NCBI GenBank assembly: GCA_050633305.1
Contig: JBOEGF010000040.1
Location: forward strand, 1 to 64,000
Direction: 5' to 3'
DNA length: 64,000 bases
DNA from: Nannocystales bacterium
Lineage (GTDB): Bacteria; Myxococcota_A; Polyangia; Nannocystales; Nannocystaceae
Positions within the stretch are counted from its first letter, which is position 1; every line of letters starts with the position of its first letter. Below are positions 41,394 to 51,189 of the stretch, piece by piece. The notes below the pieces were generated by a model, which saw only the letters and a list, made by a program, of their open reading frames with translations, had not been told where the DNA came from and made no database searches. The position numbers and the translations under genes are program-made.

Positions 41394-42353
41394 TCAGTCG
41401 GCAACGCTGCAGTAGCCAAGCGGGTTGTAGATCTGCATCGTCGGTTCGAAGTACGGCACGCACTCCACATCGGGGCCGCAGGCCTCGGGGTCCTCCACGT
41501 GGCAGTAGGAGGTGCAACACGGCTCATCGTCGACGCAACCCTGCACCGCCTCCGCGCTCGCCCAGAACGACCCCGGTGCACACTGCGGATGAGAGACTTC
41601 GCCGAGTTCCACCCCCGCGCCCTCTCGCAGACACACGAAAGTCTGCTCGGAGCCCGGGTAGCACCCGAACCCCTCGTTGCAGTCGGGCACGAGCGGATCG
41701 CACCAGGGCAGACACACCGCGACGTTATCGTCGTTGGCCACCATGCAGGTCTCGTTGGCGTCGGCACAGGCGGGGTCGTCCGCGCTCCCGCTGCACAGCT
41801 GCGCGCAGGTGCCCAGAAGCGTGTCCGGATCGACGCCCCAGCACATCAGCCCGACATCACAGCTGTCGACACCCGAAACAGCACTGCCCTCGACACTGCA
41901 CACCTCGCCCACCTGTTCCGCGTCCGGGTCCGCAAAGACGGGAACGCATCTTCGCGCGTTCCAGGCTTCGCCACCGTCGTTGGCCCAAGGTCGACACGCC
42001 TCGCCTTCAGGACAGTTTTGCTCGAATGTGCTGCACTCGAGGCCCACCCCGCAGTGCGCGAGGTAGCCGTCCTCCAGCCCGGCGCCGCACCCCGAAGTGG
42101 AACCTAGGAAACCACCGCCATCATCCAGACCGTCGTCGCCGGACGACGGGAGTCCCGTATCGACGGACGTCGTCGCCTCCCACGGGCCCCCGGATGTCGA
42201 ACTCCCAGCCGTGTAAACCCCGCTCGTGGGCGAGATCAAAGTGTCCCCCGCAGAGCCCGTGCTGCCGGCTTCAGTCGATGGGTCCGCTGAGACCACCGGA
42301 CCGCAACCGATCACCACAACGAGTACCAAGGGTATGGGTTTGAGATCCTGCAT
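41394..42353 (-). CDS. Cys-rich myxobacterial lipoprotein, paralogue 1
   Basis: VIGC lipobox; same Cys pattern. Confidence 0.85.
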   Translation of the reverse strand: MQDLKPIPLVLVVVIGCGPVVSADPSTEAGSTGSAGDTLISPTSGVYTAGSSTSGGPWEATTSVDTGLPSSGDDGLDDGGGFLGSTSGCGAGLEDGYLAHCGVGLECSTFEQNCPEGEACRPWANDGGEAWNARRCVPVFADPDAEQVGEVCSVEGSAVSGVDSCDVGLMCWGVDPDTLLGTCAQLCSGSADDPACADANETCMVANDDNVAVCLPWCDPLVPDCNEGFGCYPGSEQTFVCLREGAGVELGEVSHPQCAPGSFWASAEAVQGCVDDEPCCTSYCHVEDPEACGPDVECVPYFEPTMQIYNPLGYCSVAD

Positions 42354-42357
42354 CGCC

Positions 42358-42530
42358 TCAGCTCGCGACGTCGCAGTGGCCGACTGCGGCCTGTTCGGGC
42401 TGTGGGTCGTCCAAGTACGGCAGGCACTCCACGTCGCTCCAGGCCTGAGGATCGTTCACTTCGCAGAAGGAGGCACGGTCGTCCTCGGGGCACCTTGCGA
42501 CGCCATCATCGGGACCCGTAGCCGCCCGGG
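42358..42530 (-). pseudogene. 3' remnant of a fourth paralogue
   Basis: ASFCEVNDPQA..DVECLPYLDDPQP...VGHC matches the paralogues' C-terminus; 4-bp gap to the next start. Confidence 0.65.
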
Positions 42531-42728
42531 GCCAAGCCAGCACACGCATATCCAAAGCTAACTTATCCACTATTCCTGTCAAGAGGTTCCGGCGCGACCC
42601 GCGAAAAAGGGCCCTCGACCCGAGCAGGCGCTCTCGAGGGTTCTCAGGCACCACAGGAACAGTCCCGCGTACGGCCCGTTGGGCCCGGGTCCAGCCATCC
42701 CGTCGGACGAATGGCGCTCACAGGAGAG

Positions 42729-44438
42729 TCACACGCAGACTTGACCGAGCGGCACAGCCAACTCGCAGGTCACCCGCACCGTCGTTCCGGCGGGGACCGG
42801 CGCGTCGTTGCGACGCTCGACGACAAACTCCAAGATGGCGCCGAGGGTCGTGCACTGTGTCGAGAGGTCGTCCAAGGGCGTGGCGGTGGCCCCTGTTTCG
42901 TCCGTCAGCCGTCGAAAGCATGCATTCGCCTCCTCGGAGGGGAACGACCAGGTGTCCCCATCGATGACGCAGGCCTGCACCGTGACGTCGGGCATTCCGT
43001 CACCAAACTGCTCAACGACGGAGCAGGTGGGTTGCAGTCCCGGGATGTCTTGGTCGCTGTCGGCGACGCACCCGCCGACGCACGCACGCTCGCTGATCTC
43101 CCCGATGGACCCGGCGATGTCGGCCAGCGCGACGCCATAGTCAGGGGAGCAGATGGAGAACATGTTGCGCGTCTCGTTGGCAAAGGCCTCGGCAAACTCG
43201 CGCAACCGCACCGGGGGGATACCGGGAGGACTCAGGACGGTCTCAGTACCCACCCCGCACCCGGGGCCGATTCCATATTGCCCGTTGAACTCCGGCAACG
43301 CCGAGTCCGCGTAGAAGTGCTCGCCGGTCTGGGGGTGGCCCAATGGCACGCCGCCCAGCAGCGCGACGAAGACCTCTCCCTGTCCGCCGGCCGCTTGCTT
43401 CTGTTCGGCGAGGTCGCGCAAGGTGTCGACATATCGGTCGACGGGGAACAACACCGCTTCATCTTCAACCTCGGTCTCCAGCCCGTCCCGGTCGAAGTCG
43501 ACGGCCTCGCAGTCGTCGTATACGCCGGGTCCGCCCGCACACCGAACGCCGGCGCCCCAGCATGCGCCCGAGGTCGCGGCCGTCGGGTCGCTCCAGAACA
43601 CTGATCCGAAGTCGCGCAGCCAGTTGTGGTTGTCGAGGGTGGCGGAGCAGTCGGCCTCGTCGGTGACGAACACGACAGCCAACAGGGCATCGGGTCGAAA
43701 GAACCCTGGGGCGTCGTTGACGATCGCGCGGCGCATCGACTCGAGCGGTGCCTCAAAGCCGGGGCCGTTGATCCCCTGAGGGCCGATGCACTGCAAGGCC
43801 TCCGTGAGGCTCACGCCTGGCGGCAGGTTGGTCGACCCGTTGCTCTTCTCAACCCACGGGTCCGGCAAGTCGATGCTGTCGAGCTCGCAGACATCCAAGC
43901 ATCCGCGTTGGCGCTCATCGATCATTCCGAGCGCGCCACTGAAGATGAACTCGGGCAGTCGGGACCGGCAGCTTGTCGCGCGTATCGATCCGCTGCCGTC
44001 GGTCGTGGCGACGCCGATTCGGTAGTTCGCGCCAACTTGCTGCGATTCCAAAACGTCGATGAACGAGGCAAAGCTCGCGGACAAGGTGCCTTGCTCGTCG
44101 CCCATGGACCCGGAGTTGTCGACGACGAACAGGACGTCGACGGCACGCCGCAGCGTCACATCCACCAAGCACAGCTCCGGCGTGTCCTCGCAGTTGAGCG
44201 CTCCGGTCGAGGTGCTGGCGTCCGTCGTTTCCCCTGTGCCGCTGGTGTCACCGGGGGAGGAGGTGACCGAGTGGCTGTCGTCGGTGTCCCCGCTCGACCG
44301 AGTCCCATCGCCGGTCGCGCCGACCGTCGCACTCGCGCCGTTCCCCCCCGTCGCCCCCGCGAAGACTCCCGTAGGCGTGCGACCGCACCCAAGTCCGAGC
44401 AGGGGGGAGAGAGCCAGGAACGCTGCCAAGGACCGCAC
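42729..44438 (-). CDS. vWA-domain Cys-rich lipoprotein (CglB-like)
   Basis: LGLGC lipobox; VDVLFVVDNSGSM (MIDAS), GFEAPLE, FFRPDALLAVVFVTDEADCS. Confidence 0.85.
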   Translation of the reverse strand: MRSLAAFLALSPLLGLGCGRTPTGVFAGATGGNGASATVGATGDGTRSSGDTDDSHSVTSSPGDTSGTGETTDASTSTGALNCEDTPELCLVDVTLRRAVDVLFVVDNSGSMGDEQGTLSASFASFIDVLESQQVGANYRIGVATTDGSGSIRATSCRSRLPEFIFSGALGMIDERQRGCLDVCELDSIDLPDPWVEKSNGSTNLPPGVSLTEALQCIGPQGINGPGFEAPLESMRRAIVNDAPGFFRPDALLAVVFVTDEADCSATLDNHNWLRDFGSVFWSDPTAATSGACWGAGVRCAGGPGVYDDCEAVDFDRDGLETEVEDEAVLFPVDRYVDTLRDLAEQKQAAGGQGEVFVALLGGVPLGHPQTGEHFYADSALPEFNGQYGIGPGCGVGTETVLSPPGIPPVRLREFAEAFANETRNMFSICSPDYGVALADIAGSIGEISERACVGGCVADSDQDIPGLQPTCSVVEQFGDGMPDVTVQACVIDGDTWSFPSEEANACFRRLTDETGATATPLDDLSTQCTTLGAILEFVVERRNDAPVPAGTTVRVTCELAVPLGQVCV

Positions 44439-44944
44439 GAAACACCTTCCAAGCCGTGCGCGAGTGGGGGCGCGCGACAGCGCACACGGGCGCCGCGATG
44501 CAACGGTAGTCGCGGCTGGCCAGGAGTACAAGCGATCTGGGTTTTTTTGGGCGGCCGCGAGCTCCACAGGACTCTCTACGAAGTTCGCCGGGCGCTCGGG
44601 GCGGAAGTGCGAACATGGTAGGTGGATTTCAACAGGGTCGCTCTTCAACCACTGTGTTTCGACCCGCTTACACGCAGGGTACTTTGAACACGAGTGTGAA
44701 CCGAAGAACTGAGGTGGCGAATGGTGACGGTATATGAAACGTTGGGCCTCCGGAGGTGGTCGGCTGCGGGGCCCCTTTCGCCCCCTATGCCTCCGGTCTC
44801 CCACGCCCAGTCCTTATTCACCCCCCTGCTGGCCCGCTCCCCTTGGACCGCGCTCGCTGCCCGCCTGCCCTACTCATCCGCTCCTAATCGCTGCCGAGCA
44901 TCTCCGCGGCCTTCTCTGCGCCAGCACCCTCGCGCCCGAGCGCC

Positions 44945-45496
44945 ATGTCGGCGCCCATGCGTACACCGGACTCGGCAAAGCGCCGCAGCCGCCCCAGACG
45001 CCCCTCCGCGGGCTTGTTGGACTTGGCCAACACGCGGGTCGTCTACCGCCGGTCTGGAGAGCGCCTCGCTGTCCGTGAAGAGCTGCGGGTGTACGATCCT
45101 GCCATGTGCAGGCTCTCCGAGCGGATCGTACTGTGTTCTTGCGATGGCGAGACCCTCGCGGATCCAGACTGGATTCTCGAGCGTCAGGACCTGTCCATCC
45201 CGGTCTCGCATCGCCGCGGTCGCGCGATGATGCCGCGCTTCAACGCAGACGAGCAGAGCTGTATCGATGCGATTCGCGTCGCGCTCGACGCGGGGGAGGC
45301 GTTCGACTTCGAGTACAGCCCGCAGGAAGGGGATGTGTTGCGATTGGGCGGGGTGTTGGTGGACGGGGCCGCTCAGCGCCGCAACGTTCGCTTCCGCGTT
45401 GTCAAAGGTCGCTGGCAACACGACCGCAGCACGGGGCTGGCAGGCTGGCGGGTACAGATGGTCGAGCAGAGACGTGGAGAGCTCGCCGGGCGCTGA
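44945..45496 (+). CDS. Hypothetical protein
   Basis: 183-aa ORF with genome-typical codon bias in its 3' two thirds; start uncertain. Confidence 0.5.
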   Translation: MSAPMRTPDSAKRRSRPRRPSAGLLDLANTRVVYRRSGERLAVREELRVYDPAMCRLSERIVLCSCDGETLADPDWILERQDLSIPVSHRRGRAMMPRFNADEQSCIDAIRVALDAGEAFDFEYSPQEGDVLRLGGVLVDGAAQRRNVRFRVVKGRWQHDRSTGLAGWRVQMVEQRRGELAGR

Positions 45497-45641
45497 GAGC
45501 CTTGGTTCGCGAAGTCCTGCTGGTCCCCGGTCCGTGGACGTCCGCAGCCGCGGTACAAGAACACCTCGCCCCGGGCTGGGATCCAAACCCAGCTGTGGAG
45601 CAAGCCGTTCGGCCCACCGCCGAAAACGCCCCCAACCGGAG

Positions 45642-48008
45642 CTATCTGGCGACAAGAAGCACGACGCTGCGATCGGCGACGAGGATCTGCCCGCCCGATG
45701 TTGTCTGAGCTGCAGGCTCGGCCACAGGTTGTGCGACATTCGTGTCAGCTGCGAGGTACCACTGAGTCCCCGCGGGTGGGGGAGGCAGGTTCGCCGTGAT
45801 CGAGCCTCCCCAGCCGTTGTAGCCCAAGTAGATCGCGTCCGCGGTCTCGCCTTCGACCCCGGCGGTGGGCAACAGCATTCCGACGTAGTGGAATGATGTG
45901 TTGGTCCGATAGCTATCGTCCATGTCGAGCCCGCTGTCATCGAGCCAGCGCGCATCGAGGTAGAAATCGCCGTTGCGTGCGATCGCAGGGTGCCGGGCTC
46001 GAAAAGAGGTCATCGAGCGCACGAAATCGACGAAGTCGGACTCTGTTTGTGTCTGCTCCCAGTCGAGCCAGTTGGCGGGCGAGTCAATGTTGTAGGGGTT
46101 GTTGTTGCATTGAAGCGTGCGCAGGAACTCGTCGCCCCCGTTGAGCATGGGTACCCCCGCCGCACTCATGAGTAGAGCGACACCCGAGCGGGCCACCTTT
46201 CGACGTGCAAACGCGTCGCCCCAGTCGCGCGAGTCGTTCTGGTCAGAGCCCCCGTCCGAGGGTCCGTAGGGCCATTTTTGGTCGTTGGCCTTGTCGTCGC
46301 AGGCGTACAGGTCGTGCAGTGTGAAACCGTCGTGTGCGACCAAGAAATTGAGCGACGCCACGGGACCTCTCCCGTCGTCTGCGTAGAGGTCAGGGCTTCC
46401 TTGCAGTCTGCGGATGATGTCGCCTGGGGATACGTTCTCGTCGTCGTAGCGGTTTTGGTCTCGTCGAATGATGTCGCGGAACTGGCCGTTCCACTCTGAC
46501 CACCCCTGCGGGAAATTGCCGATCTGATAGGTCCCAGGGCCGATCCCCCAAGGCTCGGCCAGCAAGTCCACGCCCGCTCCACCCCTGGCGTCACGGGCCG
46601 TCAGGGCAATGTCGCTGAGCAGTCCCGTGCCGCTAAAACTGAAGCAGTCGGTCTCGCAACTGTTGCCCAGTACCGACGCGAGGTCAAAACGGAACCCGTC
46701 CACGCCCAGCACTTCGTGGGCATAGCGCAGCGACTCGAGGATCAACCGCTGGGTCGGTTCGCGGGCCACGTTGAGGTTGGGGCCCACCCCCGAGTTGTTG
46801 ACGTAGCCAAGCCCACCATCGGCGGTCTCGTAGTAGTTGGCGTTGTCGAGGCCTCGCATCGAGAAGATCGCCGCGGTGTCAGGGCTTCCCCAGGTGTCGG
46901 TTTCAACCGAGTGGTTGTAGACCACATCGATGAACACCTTGATCCCCGCCGCGTGAAACGCTTCGGCCATTTCGCGAAACTCTCGGGTGGGGCCGCCTGG
47001 GGACTTGTCGCACGCATAACGACGGTCGGGGGCAAAGTAGTTGATGGTCGAATATCCCCAGTGATTGTCGTCGCCATTGACCAGGTCGTTTCGGTCGTTG
47101 TCGGTCTCGTGAATCGGGAGAAACTCGATTGCTGTGAACCCAACATTCGCGAGGTGCTCGGCCTTGCTCGCAGCAGCGGCATAGGTCCCGCGACACCCTT
47201 CGTCGAGTGAGGTGTCCGCGAACGTGAGGCCACGAACATGCACCTCGTACACAACGTCTTCGGTGAATGGACGCTCGGGCCCAGCAGGCAGGGCTGGAAG
47301 ATCGACGAGGGCGATGCTCTTCGGCACCCGCTGCGCAGAATCGATCAGCCTGTAGTCGGGGCCTGATGCGTAGACATCGTAGCCGCCGTGCTCCACCGAC
47401 TGCGGGTCGTGGCTGATCTCGCGCGCATAGGGATCGATGAGCAGCTTGTTGGGGTTGAAGCGATTGCCATCGCTGTCGACATCCGCAACGAAGCCGGCGA
47501 TCGAGCCTGGCTCCCACGTTGGGTCGTACGGCCAGTTGGGGCCCCAGGCTCGAAAACCGTAGTAGATTGTCTCGAGCCCAGCGTCCTGCAGCTCCTCTTC
47601 GCCAAACGCGGTGCTCCAGTTTCCTCGACCGTCGTTCTCGAGGGATGCGGTGAGCACCGGGGTCCCGTCGTGTGCTTCGGCAAAGATCCAAACTTCAACT
47701 CGCGTTGCCGCGCCAGAGTAGACCTCGACTTCCCACGCTTCGAAGGGTTGGGATCCCGTTGAGGATCCAGTGCCGTCGGTGTCTCCCGTTCCACCCGTCC
47801 CGCCGGGCGTGGATGAAGTGGAAGTGGAAGGAGCTGGGATGGTGGTCGCCGAGGTTTGACCCGTGGTTCCTGCCTCGGAATTCGTGCTCAGGCCAGTCCC
47901 ATCATCCCCGCATCCCAGCAGGACAACGAGAGCCGGAAGACACACCACCCAACCTGCGAACGACCGACGCACCGTGGCATCTTCTCCAATCGATCCGGCA
48001 CCGTCCAC
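45642..48008 (-). CDS. Isoamylase / glycogen debranching enzyme (GH13), lipoprotein
   Basis: LLGC lipobox + S/T linker; NPNKLLIDPYA, YEVHVRG, WGY, DVVYNH, DGFRFDLA, AEPW, HDGFTL, GDE. Confidence 0.93.
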   Translation of the reverse strand: MDGAGSIGEDATVRRSFAGWVVCLPALVVLLGCGDDGTGLSTNSEAGTTGQTSATTIPAPSTSTSSTPGGTGGTGDTDGTGSSTGSQPFEAWEVEVYSGAATRVEVWIFAEAHDGTPVLTASLENDGRGNWSTAFGEEELQDAGLETIYYGFRAWGPNWPYDPTWEPGSIAGFVADVDSDGNRFNPNKLLIDPYAREISHDPQSVEHGGYDVYASGPDYRLIDSAQRVPKSIALVDLPALPAGPERPFTEDVVYEVHVRGLTFADTSLDEGCRGTYAAAASKAEHLANVGFTAIEFLPIHETDNDRNDLVNGDDNHWGYSTINYFAPDRRYACDKSPGGPTREFREMAEAFHAAGIKVFIDVVYNHSVETDTWGSPDTAAIFSMRGLDNANYYETADGGLGYVNNSGVGPNLNVAREPTQRLILESLRYAHEVLGVDGFRFDLASVLGNSCETDCFSFSGTGLLSDIALTARDARGGAGVDLLAEPWGIGPGTYQIGNFPQGWSEWNGQFRDIIRRDQNRYDDENVSPGDIIRRLQGSPDLYADDGRGPVASLNFLVAHDGFTLHDLYACDDKANDQKWPYGPSDGGSDQNDSRDWGDAFARRKVARSGVALLMSAAGVPMLNGGDEFLRTLQCNNNPYNIDSPANWLDWEQTQTESDFVDFVRSMTSFRARHPAIARNGDFYLDARWLDDSGLDMDDSYRTNTSFHYVGMLLPTAGVEGETADAIYLGYNGWGGSITANLPPPPAGTQWYLAADTNVAQPVAEPAAQTTSGGQILVADRSVVLLVAR

Positions 48009-48254
48009 GGACGATCACCAGTCTGGAAGTCGTGTGCAGACAGGCGTGTCAGCGAAATGGAGCCGGTCGCTCATCGCATCAAGGGTGCATGCTGCGGCGG
48101 GGTCGACCTGTTCGTAGCACGAGCGCGTTCCACCCCGCGAAGCCCAGAATGGCGACGAACGGAAGCAGCATCCGGTCTGGCTCCAGGTCGAGTGTCGTGT
48201 GCTCGCTTCGAGCCGCGAGCACGGCCAGTGCGAGGAGGAGGAAGCCGAGACTCA

Positions 48255-48773
48255 ATGTACGCCCACGAGCTCGTGCACGCCATCGCCTATGACGACTTGG
48301 TGGGCCCGGCGGTGGAGGACATCGAGAACTCTGGCTTCTACTTGGAGGGCTGGGCGGAGTACGTGGCGCTGCAGGTCGATCCAGGCAAGACCGGGTTCTC
48401 GCTCTTTGGCTTTGATGAGGACGTGGTCGTCGGCCACTGGCTGCTGGAGGGCGGGCCCACGCTGGCGGACTATCGCGAGCGGCATGAGGAGCTGAGCCTG
48501 CGCTGCCAGGGGCAGTCCTACATCCTGCGGGCGTCATGGTTCCGCTACGTGAGTGAGGAGCTGGGGCGGGAGGTCTTGTTGGACCTGGCGGCCGGACGTG
48601 AAGGCTGGGACCGGGAGGCCGTCGAGGCCGTGCTGGGGGCGTCCCTCGAGCAGGTCGACGCCGACTGGGAAGCGTGGGCGACCGCCCGCTACGAAGCGTA
48701 CCCCAACGCCGACGCCGAGGCAGAAGCCTACCGTACGCAGAAGATGGCCTGGTACGAGCCATGCCTGGAATGA
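48255..48773 (+). pseudogene. Gluzincin-type (peptidase MA-like) domain, probably N-terminally truncated
   Basis: HELVH plus downstream EGWAEY; the coding-like sequence starts right at the HExxH motif. Confidence 0.55.
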
Positions 48774-48829
48774 CGAGTCTGTCAGAACAGCCTTCGTGCA
48801 TGAACAACGTCGCGCCTTGTCGAGACTCC

Positions 48830-49075
48830 ATGTCCACAGCCGACCAGGTTCACGAAGGCTTTGTCCATGCGACTTCGCGACGCTTGCTGGCGGCAATCTG
48901 TGATGCTGGCGTGTTTTGGGTGTGCGCACTGCCGGGCGTCGCCGTGGGGATGGATGTTCTGCTGACGGATCTCCACTACACCTACATGGGGGAGCGGATC
49001 GACCCTTGCCTGGGTCCACACTCGGATGTTGCGGCCGTCGGCCTGTTGATCCTCGGGGGGGCACATTGCAGCCGA
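48830..49075 (+). pseudogene. RDD-family membrane protein remnant, cut by an IS end
   Basis: AT..RRLLAAICD motif and a TM segment, then runs into transposase-derived sequence. Confidence 0.5.
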
Positions 49076-49200
49076 GCTTCGTGGTGCTCGCACGGCCCCC
49101 ACGGCCCGAGCCTCGCGGACAGTTGCCCTTGTTCTCGCTTCCCTGACGAGGGTCCCGGCCAACGAATGCGAGCCTGCCTCTGACCTCCCTCTTCATTTCG
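49075..49200 (+). mobile_element. IS91/ISCR 3'-end remnant A
   Basis: Encodes ARPPRPEPRGQLPLFSLP* (cf. ARPPPRGPLPGQLVLFSALP*); ends in TCCCTCTTCATTTCG. Confidence 0.75.
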
Positions 49201-49253
49201 CCCAACCGCCGGCGTTCCAATCGCTGGGCGAGTCGGCAGACGTCGAAGCCTAT

Positions 49254-49928
49254 TCAGCGGTAGGGGGCCGCACCGGACGGGAGCGGCTCTCGGATGACGC
49301 GGACCAGATTGACAACCTTGGCGCCGGACAGAGCCACTTGGGCTACGAGCTTCTCGGCAACCGTGTGTAGGACCAGACGCGCACTCAGCAACAGAATGCC
49401 CACCAAGATGCCGAAGCCGGTACTGTGCACGGCGACTGAGATGTGCATGGCCAGGGCGCCCGCACGCTGGGCGGCGGAGACTGTCGCCAGGCAGCCGAAT
49501 CCGGAGATCATTCCAAAGGTGGTGCCGAGCAGCCCGACGAGCATCGCAAGGCTGGCCAAGGTCGCTAGGCTTGGCAGGAACCGGCGAAGGCTCGGCACGA
49601 TCAGCATCTGTTCCTCCTCGACCGCCGACTGGGCACGCACCGGGTCGACCCCCGCCATCAACCCAGCTCGAACCACTCGTTCGATGTAGCAGTGCCCCGC
49701 GCAAAGCCGCAGCGCGGCCGCGGTGTCCCCGGCGAGAATGCACCCCTGCACCAGCGCCATCAGTTTGGGGACGTTGGTGTTCAGCCCGAGGCGGAGCCAC
49801 CAGCATCGCTCGAGCACCACCGCGAACCCGACCACCGCGATCAGTAAGATGGCGTGCATGACGGCTCCACCCTGCTGGTAGAACTCCGCCCACGTTTGCG
49901 AGTCGACCGGCACGAAGGGGTTGGACAC
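49254..49928 (-). CDS. MotA/TolQ/ExbB proton-channel family protein
   Basis: GG.VM..I, ER, L..LA.LA...GLLGT..GMI..F, IS.A...T..GI. Confidence 0.88.
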   Translation of the reverse strand: MSNPFVPVDSQTWAEFYQQGGAVMHAILLIAVVGFAVVLERCWWLRLGLNTNVPKLMALVQGCILAGDTAAALRLCAGHCYIERVVRAGLMAGVDPVRAQSAVEEEQMLIVPSLRRFLPSLATLASLAMLVGLLGTTFGMISGFGCLATVSAAQRAGALAMHISVAVHSTGFGILVGILLLSARLVLHTVAEKLVAQVALSGAKVVNLVRVIREPLPSGAAPYR

Positions 49929-49968
49929 GACGAAAGGAGGCTCGGTTTTACCGAGCTGTTCGGCAACG

Positions 49969-50290
49969 CTTTCGCGTCGACACCTCCGCATGCGCCCGCT
50001 GTGCATGGGCCCAGAGGTGTCACTCGGACCGGGACAACCCCTGAGGACATTGCCGCCGAGCCTCGCGGACAGCGACCCTTGTTCTCGCTCCCCTGATGAG
50101 CGTCCCGGCCAACGAAGACCGTGCTGGCGCTTGCAGCGGCGCGCTGGCCTGGTGCGTCCGCGCCTCGCTTCTGAGACCCTTCGTCACTCTGGTGCGCGAA
50201 TACACGGCCCCGGCTCGACACAACGCGCACTCTCGGCGGGAGGCCCCCTTCCGCTCTCCGAGCCTATCTCTGAGCTCCCACTTCATTTCG
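49969..50290 (+). mobile_element. IS91/ISCR 3'-end remnant B
   Basis: ttcgcgtcgacacctccgcatgcgcccgctgt..gtcactcgg..cctgaggacattgccgccgag aligns with 25314-25402; ends in TCCCACTTCATTTCG, identical to 25696-25710. Confidence 0.8.
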
Positions 50291-50357
50291 ATAAACCGCA
50301 AACCTCTCCCGGTCTTTTTCTTGTCATTGGGCCGAGGTGAGGCGCGAAGGAGAGCGC

Positions 50358-50933
50358 ATGAACCTCACCGCTCGTTTTCTGCGACGCACCGCCCCCATCG
50401 CTCTCGCCACCGCCGCGCTCCTCACCGCAGGAACGGCCGCCGCAGCGTCGTACTTCTATCCCTTCACCAGTCTCACCGCCGGCACCCAGTACGTCGTGGG
50501 AGATTCGCTGACTCCTGCCGGTTCCACCGTCGAGTTCAAGCAGTTCCAATGGTGGAATGGCACGTGGACTGCCACCGGTTTCGCTGAAGTGGACCTTAGC
50601 GCACGCGCAGGTGGGTTCGCCCACGAACTCGAGCTCAACAACATCAACGTCCGCGTCACCCCCGACACCCCCGCAGTCTTCGCGTCGTACCGCTACGCCT
50701 ACCTGGGCGGCAACGTGAACATCGGGGTCAATGGCGACCTGCGCAATGTCAGCCGCCCCATCTTCGTCAACGGTGACGTCGTCGGCGGTTGCGACGTCAC
50801 CGTCACCGAGAACGCGATCCCCGGGGGCTTCAACGGGTCGGTTGAGATCGACTGCCCCGCCGGCACCGAGATCGACATGTTCGGCGTAGGCGGCCAAGAA
50901 TTCTGGATCGACAACGTCTTCTTCGAAGACTAG
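50358..50933 (+). CDS. Secreted beta-rich hypothetical protein
   Basis: AAGGAG RBS, signal peptide, strong codon bias, GGQEFWIDNV end. Confidence 0.75.
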   Translation: MNLTARFLRRTAPIALATAALLTAGTAAAASYFYPFTSLTAGTQYVVGDSLTPAGSTVEFKQFQWWNGTWTATGFAEVDLSARAGGFAHELELNNINVRVTPDTPAVFASYRYAYLGGNVNIGVNGDLRNVSRPIFVNGDVVGGCDVTVTENAIPGGFNGSVEIDCPAGTEIDMFGVGGQEFWIDNVFFED

Positions 50934-51189
50934 CTAACAGTCGTCCGACCCCAACCTGGGGGCACCTCCGGAGCTCCGGGCCCCAACGGTTCAATGCTTC
51001 TCCCCGTTCGTCGAAGAGACCCATCTCGTCCCCCGCCTTCGGGGCTGGAGCCCGACCCTGTCCCAGGCCCGGGAACAACGAGGTTGACAGGCGGTCGTTC
51101 AATATCAGCTCGAGTCCAGGGCCAGCAATCCTTCGCATATCAACGCCGTTCCCGACGACGCCCCTGCGTCGCTTCTCGGCCGCCTATGC

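Noticed and set aside
39440..42353. Metabolic enzyme label for the Cys-rich paralogues
   Set aside because: No catalytic or TIM-barrel motifs; they are secreted disulfide-rich lipoproteins.
44500..44760. Possible ncRNA in the lower-GC spacer
   Set aside because: No recognisable family or convincing structure; more simply a divergent promoter region.
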